This document shows positions 1 through 9,678 of a DNA stretch of 64,000 nt, in pieces (position 1 is the stretch's first letter; each line of letters opens with the position of its first letter). Under the pieces are notes generated by a model. It saw only the letters and a list, made by a program, of their open reading frames with translations, did no database searches and had not been told where the DNA came from. A program made the translations under genes and the position numbers. Source of the DNA: Flavobacteriales bacterium (GTDB lineage: Bacteria; Bacteroidota; Bacteroidia; Flavobacteriales_F; PHOS-HE28); NCBI GenBank assembly GCA_039931265.1, contig JBDTSG010000001.1, forward strand, positions 4,521-68,520, given 5' to 3'.

Positions 1-1
1 C

Positions 2-511
2 TATGCGCTTCTGGCACACCTCTCCTTATGGCCTTCGAGCGAAGCCTTCATGTCCGTGAGCATCTGTGTTGCCACATGCGACACATGGGCAAGTGAGGTC
101 GGCATGTACGCCCGATGGCACACATGGAACATCCTCACCTTCCGGAAGGTGCAACCCGGCTTGTCGGGTGGCGTTAGTGTTGCCGGTCTTCTCGGCGGTT
201 TGCTGGGTGCCGCATTGATGGCCCTGCTGTGTTGGTGGTTGATCGGCCGGAACGCCGGGGAGGGCATCGGCATGTTGTTGGTCCTGGCACCCATGCACCT
301 CTACATCGTCGGCTGCTTCACCTTAGCCGGGGCGGCAGGCATGCTGCTGGACAGTGCCCTTGGCGCTGCGCTGCAAGTGAAATACGACGATGGGCAAGGC
401 CCGAGCGATGTTGGCACGGATCGCTCAGGTGGGCTGCGCTGGATCACCAACGATATGGTGAACCTGATGAGCAATGCCGTGATCATCATCGCGATCGCCC
501 TGCTGTGGTGA
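2..511 (+). CDS. DUF92/TMEM19-family membrane protein, 5' truncated by window edge
   Basis: Frame open from base 2; motifs DTWASEVG, G.SGGVS..G, DS.LGA.LQ and ITNDMVN typical of DUF92. Confidence 0.85.
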   Translation, partial: YALLAHLSLWPSSEAFMSVSICVATCDTWASEVGMYARWHTWNILTFRKVQPGLSGGVSVAGLLGGLLGAALMALLCWWLIGRNAGEGIGMLLVLAPMHLYIVGCFTLAGAAGMLLDSALGAALQVKYDDGQGPSDVGTDRSGGLRWITNDMVNLMSNAVIIIAIALLW

Positions 512-560
512 TCGTCTTCCGTTGCTTCGGATGGCCGCCCGTACTTTGCGCGTCACCACC

Positions 561-1565
561 ATGAGTTCCGTGTACTACCCCGACTACCTGCAACTGGAGA
601 AGATCCTCGGCGCGCAGGCACCCGAAAGCGACAAGCACGGCGTGGAAGCGCATGATGAGATGCTGTTCATCATCATCCATCAGGCTTACGAGCTGTGGTT
701 CAAACAGATCCTGCACGAGGTGGGCAGTGTGATCCACATCTTCAAAGACGGACATGTGGACGACAACGGGGGTGAGTTGAACATCGCCGTCCATCGGCTG
801 GGGCGCGTTCAGCGCATCTTGGAAGTGCTGGTGAAACAGATCGATGTGCTGGAGACGATGACCCCGCTCGACTTCCTCGACTTTCGTGACCTGTTGCGGC
901 CGGCCAGCGGTTTCCAGAGCATGCAGTTCAAAGTGCTGGAGGCCAAGCTAGGATTGAAGATGGACGCGCGCTTCGGTAAGCAGTACTACACCAGCCAACT
1001 GAAGCCCGAGCACAAGGCCATCATCGAAAGCGTCGAAACGGAACCCACGCTTTTCGAACTCGTGAGCACTTGGCTCGAACGCATGCCCTTTTTGGAAGCG
1101 CGGTTCTGGCCCACGAGCGAAGCACCCTTCTTCGATCGCTTAAAAGCCATTTACACGAGCACCCTTGTGCAGGGCGAGGAACAGAACGCCGCGCTCTGGG
1201 ACAAGCTCTTCGTTGAGGGACCCCCCGAGCGGCGCCTCTCCCCTGCGGCCAGCCGCGCGGCGGTGTTCATCATGCTCTACCGGGACGAGCCCATCTTCCA
1301 ACAGGCCTTCCGTCTGCTGCATGCGTTGCTCGACATCGATGAGGGGCTCGCCCTTTGGCGCAGCCGCCACATGAACATGGTACACCGCATGATCGGCCTG
1401 CGTGTCGGCACCGGTGGAAGCACCGGCAAGGCCTACCTGAAAGGCGCGCTCGATAGCCACTACATCTTCAGCGAGATCGCCGATCTGAGCAGTTTCCTGA
1501 TCGATCGCCGGCGATTGCCCAAGCTGCCGGTGGAGTTGCGCAAGGCCTTGGGGTTCGGAGGCTAG
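561..1565 (+). CDS. kynA: Tryptophan 2,3-dioxygenase
   Basis: Y.DYLQL, HDEMLFIIIHQAYELWFKQI, PASGFQS and GTGGS motifs. Confidence 0.95.
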   Translation: MSSVYYPDYLQLEKILGAQAPESDKHGVEAHDEMLFIIIHQAYELWFKQILHEVGSVIHIFKDGHVDDNGGELNIAVHRLGRVQRILEVLVKQIDVLETMTPLDFLDFRDLLRPASGFQSMQFKVLEAKLGLKMDARFGKQYYTSQLKPEHKAIIESVETEPTLFELVSTWLERMPFLEARFWPTSEAPFFDRLKAIYTSTLVQGEEQNAALWDKLFVEGPPERRLSPAASRAAVFIMLYRDEPIFQQAFRLLHALLDIDEGLALWRSRHMNMVHRMIGLRVGTGGSTGKAYLKGALDSHYIFSEIADLSSFLIDRRRLPKLPVELRKALGFGG

Positions 1566-2971
1566 ATCTCGAACCGCTCTCCCCGCTTCGGCACCACCAC
1601 GTTCCTGAAGCCCGCCGCCTCGCACTTCGCTTTCAAGGCGGTGAGCCCTCGTTCGATCCCGTGGACCAAGAACGTCTGTTGGACTTTCGCAGGATCCTGG
1701 CAACTGATGTAGCGCATCAACTCACTTTGACCGGCATGGGCGCTGTAGAAGTCCATGCGCAATATCGCTGCACGCACCGGGATCACATCGCCGAAGATGC
1801 GCACCTCGCTGGCGCCTTCCATGAGTTTCGCGCCGAGCGAACCGGGCGCGCAGAAACCAACGATCAGTACAGCGTTCTTCTCGTCGTGCAAATTGTACCG
1901 CAGATGGTGTCGGATACGCCCGGCCTCCATCATGCCGCTGGCCGCAATGATGATGCACGGCTCCTTGTGCGCGTTCAATGCCTTGCTCTGCTCCGCTTTC
2001 TGCACCCACTGCACGCCTGGAAAACTGAACAGATCCGGGTCGCGCCGTAGTTCAGCACGTACGTCCTCCTGCAAGAGTTGGCTGTGCTCTCGGTACACCG
2101 CAGTGGCATTGATCGAGAGCGGACTATCAACGAAAACCGGTATGCGCGGCAACTTGCCCGCGTTGCTCAGCACGTTCAAGGTGTAGAGGATCTCTTGGGT
2201 CTTGCCGATGCTGAACGCCGGGATGAGCAACTTCCCTTGCTGTTCCACGCACACGCGTTGCACATGGTGCAGCAACTCATCGTGCGCTTCCTCTACCGAT
2301 GCATGATCCCGATCGCCGTAGGTGCTCTCGCAGATAAGTACATCGCATTGTGGGAAGGGCGCCGGATCGGGCAGCAAGCGGTCCACATAGCGTCCAACGT
2401 CGCCGGTGAAGCTGATGTGCTTGTCCCCATCCGGCTGCTCGATCCGCAAATGCGCCGCTGCGCTGCCCAGGATATGGCCGGCATCGGTGTACATGAGATG
2501 CACACCCTTCGCGATCCTGCGCTCGGTAGCGTAAGGCAGTGTTTGGAATTTCGCGAGGGTCGGCTTCACGTCCTCCGCGGTATACAGCGGCTCCGGCCAC
2601 TCAGGCCTGCGCCCCTGCTTCTTGGCCCGCTTCGCGTCGAACTCGAAATCGCTTTCCTGAATGTGCGCACTGTCGGCCAGCATGATGGCGCACAGATCGC
2701 GGGTTGCGGGCGTACACCAGATGATGCCACGGAAACCCTCAGCGACGAATCGTGGCAGCAGGCCACTGTGATCGATGTGCGCGTGGCTCAGCACCAGCAC
2801 ATCGATGCTGGCCGGATCGAAGCCGAAACTCCGGTTACGCAGGTCGCTCTCGCGCCCCTCGCCCTGGCTCATACCGCAATCCAGCAGGATCCGACTGCCG
2901 TCGATCTCGACCAAGTGCTTGCTACCGGTAACCGTGCCCGCAGCACCGAAAAAGGAAATGGAGATGGCCAT
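1562..2971 (-). CDS. MBL-fold metallo-hydrolase, beta-CASP ribonuclease family
   Basis: GAAGTVTGSKH, SHAHIDHSG, AGHILGS, ESTYGDR, YSAHA and LVHG motifs. Confidence 0.92.
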   Translation of the reverse strand: MAISISFFGAAGTVTGSKHLVEIDGSRILLDCGMSQGEGRESDLRNRSFGFDPASIDVLVLSHAHIDHSGLLPRFVAEGFRGIIWCTPATRDLCAIMLADSAHIQESDFEFDAKRAKKQGRRPEWPEPLYTAEDVKPTLAKFQTLPYATERRIAKGVHLMYTDAGHILGSAAAHLRIEQPDGDKHISFTGDVGRYVDRLLPDPAPFPQCDVLICESTYGDRDHASVEEAHDELLHHVQRVCVEQQGKLLIPAFSIGKTQEILYTLNVLSNAGKLPRIPVFVDSPLSINATAVYREHSQLLQEDVRAELRRDPDLFSFPGVQWVQKAEQSKALNAHKEPCIIIAASGMMEAGRIRHHLRYNLHDEKNAVLIVGFCAPGSLGAKLMEGASEVRIFGDVIPVRAAILRMDFYSAHAGQSELMRYISCQDPAKVQQTFLVHGIERGLTALKAKCEAAGFRNVVVPKRGERFEI

Positions 2972-3073
2972 GCGGGCGAAGGTCGGCACCGGTCGAATAC
3001 GTTGCTTGCGCCAGCCGTCTATATTGGCAGCAACACCCCGGATCCCAGCAGTGCTGCCGAACGGGACATTCCA

Positions 3074-5995
3074 ATGAGCCTGCTTGATCAGACGCGACCA
3101 TCGCTATTGCTGCGCAACCGCGTTTGCTGCTGGCTCTGCGTGCTGCTGGCGTTGGCGATCGCGGGCAGCGCACATGGTCAATACACATTGAAAGGCAAGG
3201 TGACCGACAGCGCGACCGGCGAAGGATTGTACAGCGCAAGCGTCGGTTTGAAGGGCACTTCCAACAATGTGCTCACTGAAGAAGATGGCAGCTTCGCGCT
3301 GCGGGTGGATGGCCTGCCGCCATACACGTTGGTGATCGCCATGATCGGTTACGCACGGCAGGAGATCGCGGTGCAAAGCCTCGACCAGGACCTTAAGCTG
3401 AAGCTGACCACGGAGCAGATCGTGCTCCGTGAAGCGAAGGTGCGCGGCAAGCGGATCACGGATAAGACCAAGCAAGCCGCGCTCACTGTGGAGAGCATGG
3501 ACCTGCTGGCGATACGCGAAGCACCGAGCGGCGATTTTTACGAAAGTCTCGGCAACCTGAAAGGCGTTGATATGACGGCGGCCAGCTTCGGGTTCAAGGT
3601 GATCAACACGCGGGGCTTCAACAGCACCAGCCCCGTGCGCTCGTTGCAACTGATCGATGGCGTGGACAACCAGAGCCCGGGCCTCAACTTCAGCTTGGGG
3701 AATTTTCTCGGATGCAGCGAGCTTGACGTCATGAAGGTGGACGTGATCGCTGGCGCCAGCAGCGCGTTCTACGGACCCGGCGCTTTCAATGGTGTGATCA
3801 ACATGACTACGAAGAGCCCTTGGCTTTTCCCCGGCCATGCGGTGACATACAAGATCGGGGAACGCGGATTGAAGGACCTCGCGATCCGCTTCGCCGAGGT
3901 GTTCAAGAACAAGCAGGGCCGGCAGAATTGGGCCTTCAAGGTGAACCTGTGCGGCATGAAGGCGAACGATTGGGAAGCCAACAGCCTTGAACCCACCTAC
4001 AACAGCCCCACCGGCACGGACAACCCCGGCCGTTACGATGCTGTGAACATTTATGGTGACGAGAACACAACGGTGAACAACGATGCCACGCGCGATTCGC
4101 TGGACCGGATCTACCTGCCCGGCCTTGGCCTCTTTCTGCGCCGCGGCTACCGGGAAGAAGATCTTGTGGACTACAGCACGCACAACCTGAAGATCGCAGC
4201 AGCGGTCCATCACAAATTCACCGACAGTTTGGAACTGGTGCTCGCGAGCAACTACAGCACCGGCAGCACGGTTTACCAAGGCGATAACCGCTACCGCTTG
4301 AAGAACGTCCAGTTCTGGCAACAACGCATCGAACTGCGCAACGAGGGCAAGTGGTTCCTGAGGGGCTACCTGACCAGTGAGGATGCGGGTGACACGTACG
4401 ACATCTTCACAACGGGGATCCGATTGCAGGAAGCCACGGGCGAGCAGACAAGCGAATGGAACCTGCGTTATCTGGATCTCTACCGCAATTTGATCGTCGA
4501 GGGTCAGCTCAATGAGTCGCCCGACTTCATCGATCTGCAAGAGGCCCTCGGCCAAGGCTTCACCTTCCAGGAGTACGACGACTACCTCGCCGCTTACATC
4601 GCCAACAACAACGCGCTTTTCTCCGGCTACCACCAAGCTGTCCTCGATTCGGTGAACAGCGTGAACGCGGGTTTCATCGTTCCGTTCTTCCAACCCGGCA
4701 CTGCCCGGTACGACAGCGCATTCGCAAGCATCACCGGCAAGCGCTTCACCGAGGGCGGATCGCTCTTTTACGACAAGAGCAAACTGGCGCATGTAATGGG
4801 CGAATACCGTTTCAAGCCGGGCCCATTGGAGGTCGTCGTGGGGGGCAACCACCGTTGGTACCTGCCCAACAGTGCAGGCACCATCTTCAAGGACACCGGC
4901 GATGTGGTGATCACCAACAACGAGTTCGGGCTCTACACCGGTGTCGAACTGAAACTTCCCCAGGACAAGCTGCGGAGCATGATCACCGTTCGGCTCGACA
5001 AGAACGAGAATTTCGATGCCCTGCTCAGTCCGGCGGCATCCATCGTCTACACGCCCACGCGCGATCATGTGTTCCGGGTCAGCGCTTCGCGCGCCGTGCG
5101 CAACCCCACCCTTGCCGATCAGTACCTGTACTACAACGTTGGCCGCGCCATCCTGTTGGGCAACATCGAAGGCCAGTTCGATGAGGATGGTGATAGCCTC
5201 TTCACGATCGAGAGCTTCGGCGAGTACCGCAACTCATCAGCATTGGTGGAGGGATTGAGCAAACTGGACTACTTCCATGTGGATGCCGTTCGACCGGAGA
5301 AGGTGTTCACGCTGGAAGGTGGCTACCGCGCAACCCTGGGCAGGAGGATCTATGTCGATTTGGGTGCCTACCACTCGTGGTATCAGGACTTCATCGGTTA
5401 CGTGATCGGGATAAACGGAGACTTCGATATCTCCGGGTTCCCCGTTGGTGGCTTGCAGGTATACCGGTTGGCCGCCAACGCCCAGCAACAGGTAACCACG
5501 TTCGGGGTGAACGCGGGGCTCAACTACTACCTGGACGATCATGTGTGGACCTTCAACTACAGCTGGAACAAGCTGACCAGCGGAGAGGGTGATCCGATCA
5601 TTCCCGCGTTCAACACACCCGAACACAAGTTCAACATCGGTGTTACCGGCCACGACCTGCTGATCCCCGGCACGGACCGACGCAACTTCGGCTGGGGCCT
5701 CAACTACAAATTCATCCAGGGCTACACCTTCGAAGGTTCACCGCAGTTCACAGGCGACCTTCCGACCTACGATAACCTCGACGTACAGATCAACTTCAGC
5801 TGGCCGGAAGCCCATACCATGCTGAAGATCGGCGTCGGCAACCTGCTGGGCGTCGTACCGCTCTTCGACCCCGAGGTGCCGGACGATGAGCGATTTGAAC
5901 GCGCATGGGACAACGACGTGCTGATGGTCTTCGGCGGACCCCGTGTGGGACGATTGGGGTACGTGCAGCTGATCTACGAGTTCAACAACCGCTGA
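3074..5995 (+). CDS. TonB-dependent receptor with N-terminal carboxypeptidase-regulatory-like domain
   Basis: Signal peptide, GKVTD..TGE.L N-domain, plug motifs INTRGF and GASSAFYGPGAFNGVINM.TK, barrel-like C-terminus; start taken at ATG 3074. Confidence 0.92.
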   Translation: MSLLDQTRPSLLLRNRVCCWLCVLLALAIAGSAHGQYTLKGKVTDSATGEGLYSASVGLKGTSNNVLTEEDGSFALRVDGLPPYTLVIAMIGYARQEIAVQSLDQDLKLKLTTEQIVLREAKVRGKRITDKTKQAALTVESMDLLAIREAPSGDFYESLGNLKGVDMTAASFGFKVINTRGFNSTSPVRSLQLIDGVDNQSPGLNFSLGNFLGCSELDVMKVDVIAGASSAFYGPGAFNGVINMTTKSPWLFPGHAVTYKIGERGLKDLAIRFAEVFKNKQGRQNWAFKVNLCGMKANDWEANSLEPTYNSPTGTDNPGRYDAVNIYGDENTTVNNDATRDSLDRIYLPGLGLFLRRGYREEDLVDYSTHNLKIAAAVHHKFTDSLELVLASNYSTGSTVYQGDNRYRLKNVQFWQQRIELRNEGKWFLRGYLTSEDAGDTYDIFTTGIRLQEATGEQTSEWNLRYLDLYRNLIVEGQLNESPDFIDLQEALGQGFTFQEYDDYLAAYIANNNALFSGYHQAVLDSVNSVNAGFIVPFFQPGTARYDSAFASITGKRFTEGGSLFYDKSKLAHVMGEYRFKPGPLEVVVGGNHRWYLPNSAGTIFKDTGDVVITNNEFGLYTGVELKLPQDKLRSMITVRLDKNENFDALLSPAASIVYTPTRDHVFRVSASRAVRNPTLADQYLYYNVGRAILLGNIEGQFDEDGDSLFTIESFGEYRNSSALVEGLSKLDYFHVDAVRPEKVFTLEGGYRATLGRRIYVDLGAYHSWYQDFIGYVIGINGDFDISGFPVGGLQVYRLAANAQQQVTTFGVNAGLNYYLDDHVWTFNYSWNKLTSGEGDPIIPAFNTPEHKFNIGVTGHDLLIPGTDRRNFGWGLNYKFIQGYTFEGSPQFTGDLPTYDNLDVQINFSWPEAHTMLKIGVGNLLGVVPLFDPEVPDDERFERAWDNDVLMVFGGPRVGRLGYVQLIYEFNNR

Positions 5996-6076
5996 AGCTG
6001 TCTACATTTCCAACGGGAATACGACCGGCCACGGGCGTGCTTCCCGCAACCACCGACAACCAAAACCCAACGAACG

Positions 6077-7891
6077 ATGAAACGACACTTACGCTTTGCC
6101 TTGGTGGCGATGGCCGGTGCGGGCGCGGCATACGCGAACGCACAGACCCGCTACATCGATGAGGTTTTCACCGATGCCCAGATCGTCACGACTTCCGATG
6201 TGACCTACGGCACGAACATCAACTTCCTCTACAGCGATTTCAGCAATCCGGGCCTGTTCGGTCCGGAGCTGGTGCAATTGCAGACCGCTGTCAGCATGCA
6301 GCAGCCCATACCCGCACCCTTCTTCGACCCCCTGGATGCCAGCACCGTGGTGAAGGTGAGCAACCTGAAGATGGACATCTACGAACCCGACCAAGCGCTC
6401 GACACCGCTGCCATCCGTCCGGTGGTGTTGTACTTGCACACGGGTAACCTGTTGCCGCCTCCCATCAACGGCAGTCCGAACGGTTTGAAAACCGATAGCT
6501 GCGCCATCGTTACCTGCCAGCGCTTGGCAAAGCGAGGTTACGTGGCCATCAGCGTGCAATACCGCGGTGGCTGGAACCCCCTGGCCGCAACTGTACAGGA
6601 GCGCCGCGGAGGTTTGCTGAACGCAGTGTACCGGGCCATACACGATGTGAAGCAGTGCACGCGCACATTGAAGGCCGATGCCGCCGGAGCCAACACATAC
6701 GGCCTCAATACGAGCAAGATGACCGTGTGGGGCGAAGGGACCGGAGGCTACATCGCTCTCGCCTACGTTACCATGGATGATCCCGCAGAGCTTTTCATCG
6801 AGAAGTTCCGCCCCAACCCCTTCGATCCGACCATCAGCTACATCGACACCCTGCTGGTGGGCAACCTCGAAGGCTTCAACGGGAACTTCGCGTTGTACCG
6901 CCCCAACGGTTTCGATAGTGAAGTGCAGATGTGCGTGAACATGGGCGGCGCTCTGGCCGATACGAGCTGGCTTGCTCCCGGCGATGCTCCCATGGTCAGC
7001 ATGCATACCGTTCGCGATGATTTCGCCCCGTTCAGCGAAGGCACGGTTATCGTTCCGACCACGGATGAGGAGGTGGTGATCGTGCAAGGCCCTAACGTCT
7101 TCATTCCGCTGGCCAACCAATACGGCAACAACGCCGCGTTCGAGAACTTGGCCAACGACCCGATCACGGCCGCAGCGCGCGCACTGTACGGCACAACGTG
7201 GGATCGCTTCGGCGATGGCGGAACGCCCACCACGGTCACGATCGCCGATGCGGAGGGCTTGTATCCCTTCGTTCGCCCGTTGCGTCCTTGGAAAGCGAAC
7301 GAGGCCAGCCCTTGGCAGTGGTGGGATGAATTCAGCCCGTTGGCACAGGCCATCGTGAGCGCCGGCCCACCGCCGGTTACCGCGCACCAAGCCAGCTTGC
7401 AGAGCAACCCCGACATGTCCAGCGCCAAAGGCCGTACCTACTTGGATACGTGCATCGGTTACGCCGCTCCCCGCATTGTATGCGCTTTGCAATTGGGCCC
7501 ATGCCAACTGGGTACGCCTGATTGCTTGGGCGTGATCGATGGACCCGATGTGCCTGGTGCTGTCTGCGATGATGGCAACGCCAACACCGTGAATGACACT
7601 TGGAACATCGGTTGCGTGTGCATAGGCCAGCCGATCGGGATCAACGAACCAGCAGCCGCTGCGGCCTTGGTCATCGCCCCCAACCCGAGCAACGATGATG
7701 TCCGCATTACCAGCCCTGGAGGCAAATTGATGGCCTACACGCTCCACGCCGTTGATGGCCGCTTGGTGCGCACAGTGGGTGTGAACGCGAACAGCACGGT
7801 TATCGAGCGGAACGGCTTGGAGAGCGGCAGCTACTTCGTTACACTCGAGTTCGCCGACGGCAAAGCCACCCGTAAGGTGGTGCTGCAATAA
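6077..7891 (+). CDS. T9SS type A cargo protein with alpha/beta-hydrolase (carboxylesterase-like) fold
   Basis: Signal peptide, RYIDEVF, LKMDIYEP, RPVVLYLH and AKRGYVAISVQYR motifs; C-terminal IAPNP...GSYFV...TRKVVLQ sorting domain. Confidence 0.85.
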   Translation: MKRHLRFALVAMAGAGAAYANAQTRYIDEVFTDAQIVTTSDVTYGTNINFLYSDFSNPGLFGPELVQLQTAVSMQQPIPAPFFDPLDASTVVKVSNLKMDIYEPDQALDTAAIRPVVLYLHTGNLLPPPINGSPNGLKTDSCAIVTCQRLAKRGYVAISVQYRGGWNPLAATVQERRGGLLNAVYRAIHDVKQCTRTLKADAAGANTYGLNTSKMTVWGEGTGGYIALAYVTMDDPAELFIEKFRPNPFDPTISYIDTLLVGNLEGFNGNFALYRPNGFDSEVQMCVNMGGALADTSWLAPGDAPMVSMHTVRDDFAPFSEGTVIVPTTDEEVVIVQGPNVFIPLANQYGNNAAFENLANDPITAAARALYGTTWDRFGDGGTPTTVTIADAEGLYPFVRPLRPWKANEASPWQWWDEFSPLAQAIVSAGPPPVTAHQASLQSNPDMSSAKGRTYLDTCIGYAAPRIVCALQLGPCQLGTPDCLGVIDGPDVPGAVCDDGNANTVNDTWNIGCVCIGQPIGINEPAAAAALVIAPNPSNDDVRITSPGGKLMAYTLHAVDGRLVRTVGVNANSTVIERNGLESGSYFVTLEFADGKATRKVVLQ

Positions 7892-7908
7892 ACGATCGAC
7901 CACAATTG

Positions 7909-7942
7909 AAAAGGGCTCCGACAAGTCGGGGCCCTTTTCTTT
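7909..7942 (+). terminator. Probable intrinsic terminator
   Basis: aaaagggctccgac-aa-gtcggggcccttttcttt hairpin with T tract after the T9SS gene. Confidence 0.75.
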
Positions 7943-7959
7943 GTTGCCCCGACAAGCAC

Positions 7960-8763
7960 ATGCAGCGCCTTACCGAACAGTCGAGCAACCACATGGACCT
8001 GGAGCAGAAGAGCACAGGCGACCTGCTGCGCGGCATCAATGCCGAGGACGGCGGTGTGCCCGGAGCAGTTGCCGCGGCCATTCCGTCCATTGAAGCATTG
8101 GTGGAAGCCATCGTGCCGCGCATCCAACGCGGTGGGCGATTGTTCTATATGGGTGCAGGGACCAGCGGTCGCCTCGGCATCGTGGATGCGAGCGAATGCC
8201 CGCCGACCTTTGGTGTACCGCACGGCATGGTGGTGGGCTTGATCGCAGGCGGCGATCAGGCCATCCGTAAAGCAGTGGAGTTCGCCGAGGATGATACCGA
8301 GCAAGGTTGGAAGGACCTGCAGGAACATGCGATCGGCAGCGATGACACCGTGATCGGCATTGCTGCCAGCGGGAGCACACCCTATGTGGTCGGCGCGCTG
8401 ACCGCATGCAACGCGCAAGGGATCCTGACCGGCTGCATCACCTGTAATCCCGGCAGTCCCGTATCCGATGTTGCTGCCCGCCCTGTCGTGGTTGCCGTTG
8501 GACCTGAATTCGTTACGGGGAGCACCCGCATGAAAAGCGGTACCGCGCAGAAGCTTGTCCTGAACATGATCAGCACGGCGGTGATGATCAAGCTCGGTCG
8601 TGTGAAGGGCAATCGCATGGTGGACATGCAATTGAGCAACAACAAGCTCATTGATCGCGGCACCCGTATGGTGATGGACGGGTTGGGCATCGGTTACGAC
8701 GAAGCCAATGCCTTGTTGAAGACCCATGGCAGCGTGCGGAAGGCGGTGGAAGCCGGGCAATGA
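7960..8763 (+). CDS. murQ: N-acetylmuramic acid 6-phosphate etherase
   Basis: GAGTSGRLG, DASECPPTFG, GPEFVTGSTRMKSGTAQK and NMIST motifs. Confidence 0.96.
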   Translation: MQRLTEQSSNHMDLEQKSTGDLLRGINAEDGGVPGAVAAAIPSIEALVEAIVPRIQRGGRLFYMGAGTSGRLGIVDASECPPTFGVPHGMVVGLIAGGDQAIRKAVEFAEDDTEQGWKDLQEHAIGSDDTVIGIAASGSTPYVVGALTACNAQGILTGCITCNPGSPVSDVAARPVVVAVGPEFVTGSTRMKSGTAQKLVLNMISTAVMIKLGRVKGNRMVDMQLSNNKLIDRGTRMVMDGLGIGYDEANALLKTHGSVRKAVEAGQ

Positions 8764-8884
8764 AGCAAGTGTCAAGGCTCAAGTAGCAAGTGTCAATGCA
8801 AATGAGGGAAACTGAAGTCAAGGCCGTGCACGGGACCGGTTTGTTGAGGCTTGGGCCTTGACACTTGCTACTTGAAGCTTGCCC
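8764..8884. repeat. Inverted pair of heptamer tandem arrays
   Basis: Left agcaagt gtcaagg ctcaagt agcaagt gtcaatg; right gttgagg cttgggc cttgaca cttgcta cttgaag cttgccc; perfect 18-bp inverted repeat 8779-8796/8858-8875. Confidence 0.85.
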
Positions 8885-8893
8885 CGCATCCCT

Positions 8894-9469
8894 ATGCATA
8901 CGATCGAGCCATATTGGAACTGGCGCCATCGCTACACGGCCGAGGAAGACCTGCGCTCGCCCTTCCACGGCAGGGAGTACAGCGAGTTCGAATTCCAGAA
9001 TGCCGTGTACGACCATGTGCTCCACCCTCAGTGGGACGAGATCGGCAGCGAGACGCTTTACATCAAGATCCTCTTCGCCGACTACGATGACGGCTACTGC
9101 ATCATCGAGATGATCGGCGAGTGGAACGACCTGCTCCACAACGATATCATGCTCCTGAAGCGCGACATCGTTGAGCAACTGATGGTGCACGGGATCCACA
9201 GCTTCATTCTGATCGGGGAGAACGTGCTCAACTTCCACAGTAGCGACGACACGTACTACCAAGAGTGGTGGGAGGAGTGCGAGGATGCAGGTGGATGGAT
9301 CGCCCTGGTGAATTTCCGCGAGCATGTGCTGGCCGACATGCGTGCGGCGGATCTGGACCGCTGTTTCATAAGCGGTGGCAGGCTGGATGCCATGGACTGG
9401 CGCACCGGCAACCCCGAGGATCTGTACGAACGCGTTAAGGCCCAAGTGCAACTGCGGCTCGGTGCGTGA
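8894..9469 (+). CDS. Conserved Bacteroidota hypothetical protein
   Basis: MHTIEPYWNWR, HPQWDEIGSETLYIK and GEWND.LHNDIM resemble a conserved uncharacterised family; coding-like codon usage. Confidence 0.8.
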   Translation: MHTIEPYWNWRHRYTAEEDLRSPFHGREYSEFEFQNAVYDHVLHPQWDEIGSETLYIKILFADYDDGYCIIEMIGEWNDLLHNDIMLLKRDIVEQLMVHGIHSFILIGENVLNFHSSDDTYYQEWWEECEDAGGWIALVNFREHVLADMRAADLDRCFISGGRLDAMDWRTGNPEDLYERVKAQVQLRLGA

Positions 9470-9558
9470 TCACATTAACGATCCATTGGATCCATTCCGC
9501 CGTGACCTGTCGGCGTGGCCTGCATCCAAACGCCCTGAAAAGCGTTGAAGCCTCCATC

Positions 9559-9666
9559 ATGTACCCCTACCTCAAGACCCGCCGCCAACAGACCATGAGC
9601 ACAGTGCTCTGGTGGGGCTCCATAGCCGTGGCGCTCGCGATGCTGATCATGCTCACAGCCTGCTGA
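9559..9666 (+). CDS. Possible 35-aa single-TM small protein
   Basis: MYPYLKTRRQQTMSTVLWWGSIAVALAMLIMLTAC fills the intergenic gap; basic N-region then hydrophobic helix. Confidence 0.45.
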   Translation: MYPYLKTRRQQTMSTVLWWGSIAVALAMLIMLTAC

Positions 9667-9678
9667 GGGCGTAGGTGA

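Noticed and set aside
1562-2971. MBL/beta-CASP nuclease as an anti-phage gene
   Set aside because: It is a typical housekeeping-type member with host-like composition and no defence genes nearby.
2078-3073. N-terminal extensions in the ORF track (TBDR 1305 aa, PD40 872 aa, SpoIID 515 aa)
   Set aside because: The extensions overlap genuine opposite-strand or upstream genes; signal peptides mark the later starts.
3104-7924. Very long antisense ORFs (654 aa and 611 aa here; similar ones at 15865, 17899, 26404, 42607, 47679 and 53106)
   Set aside because: They mirror real genes. GC-rich codon bias depletes stops on the opposite strand, and the translations have no recognisable motifs.
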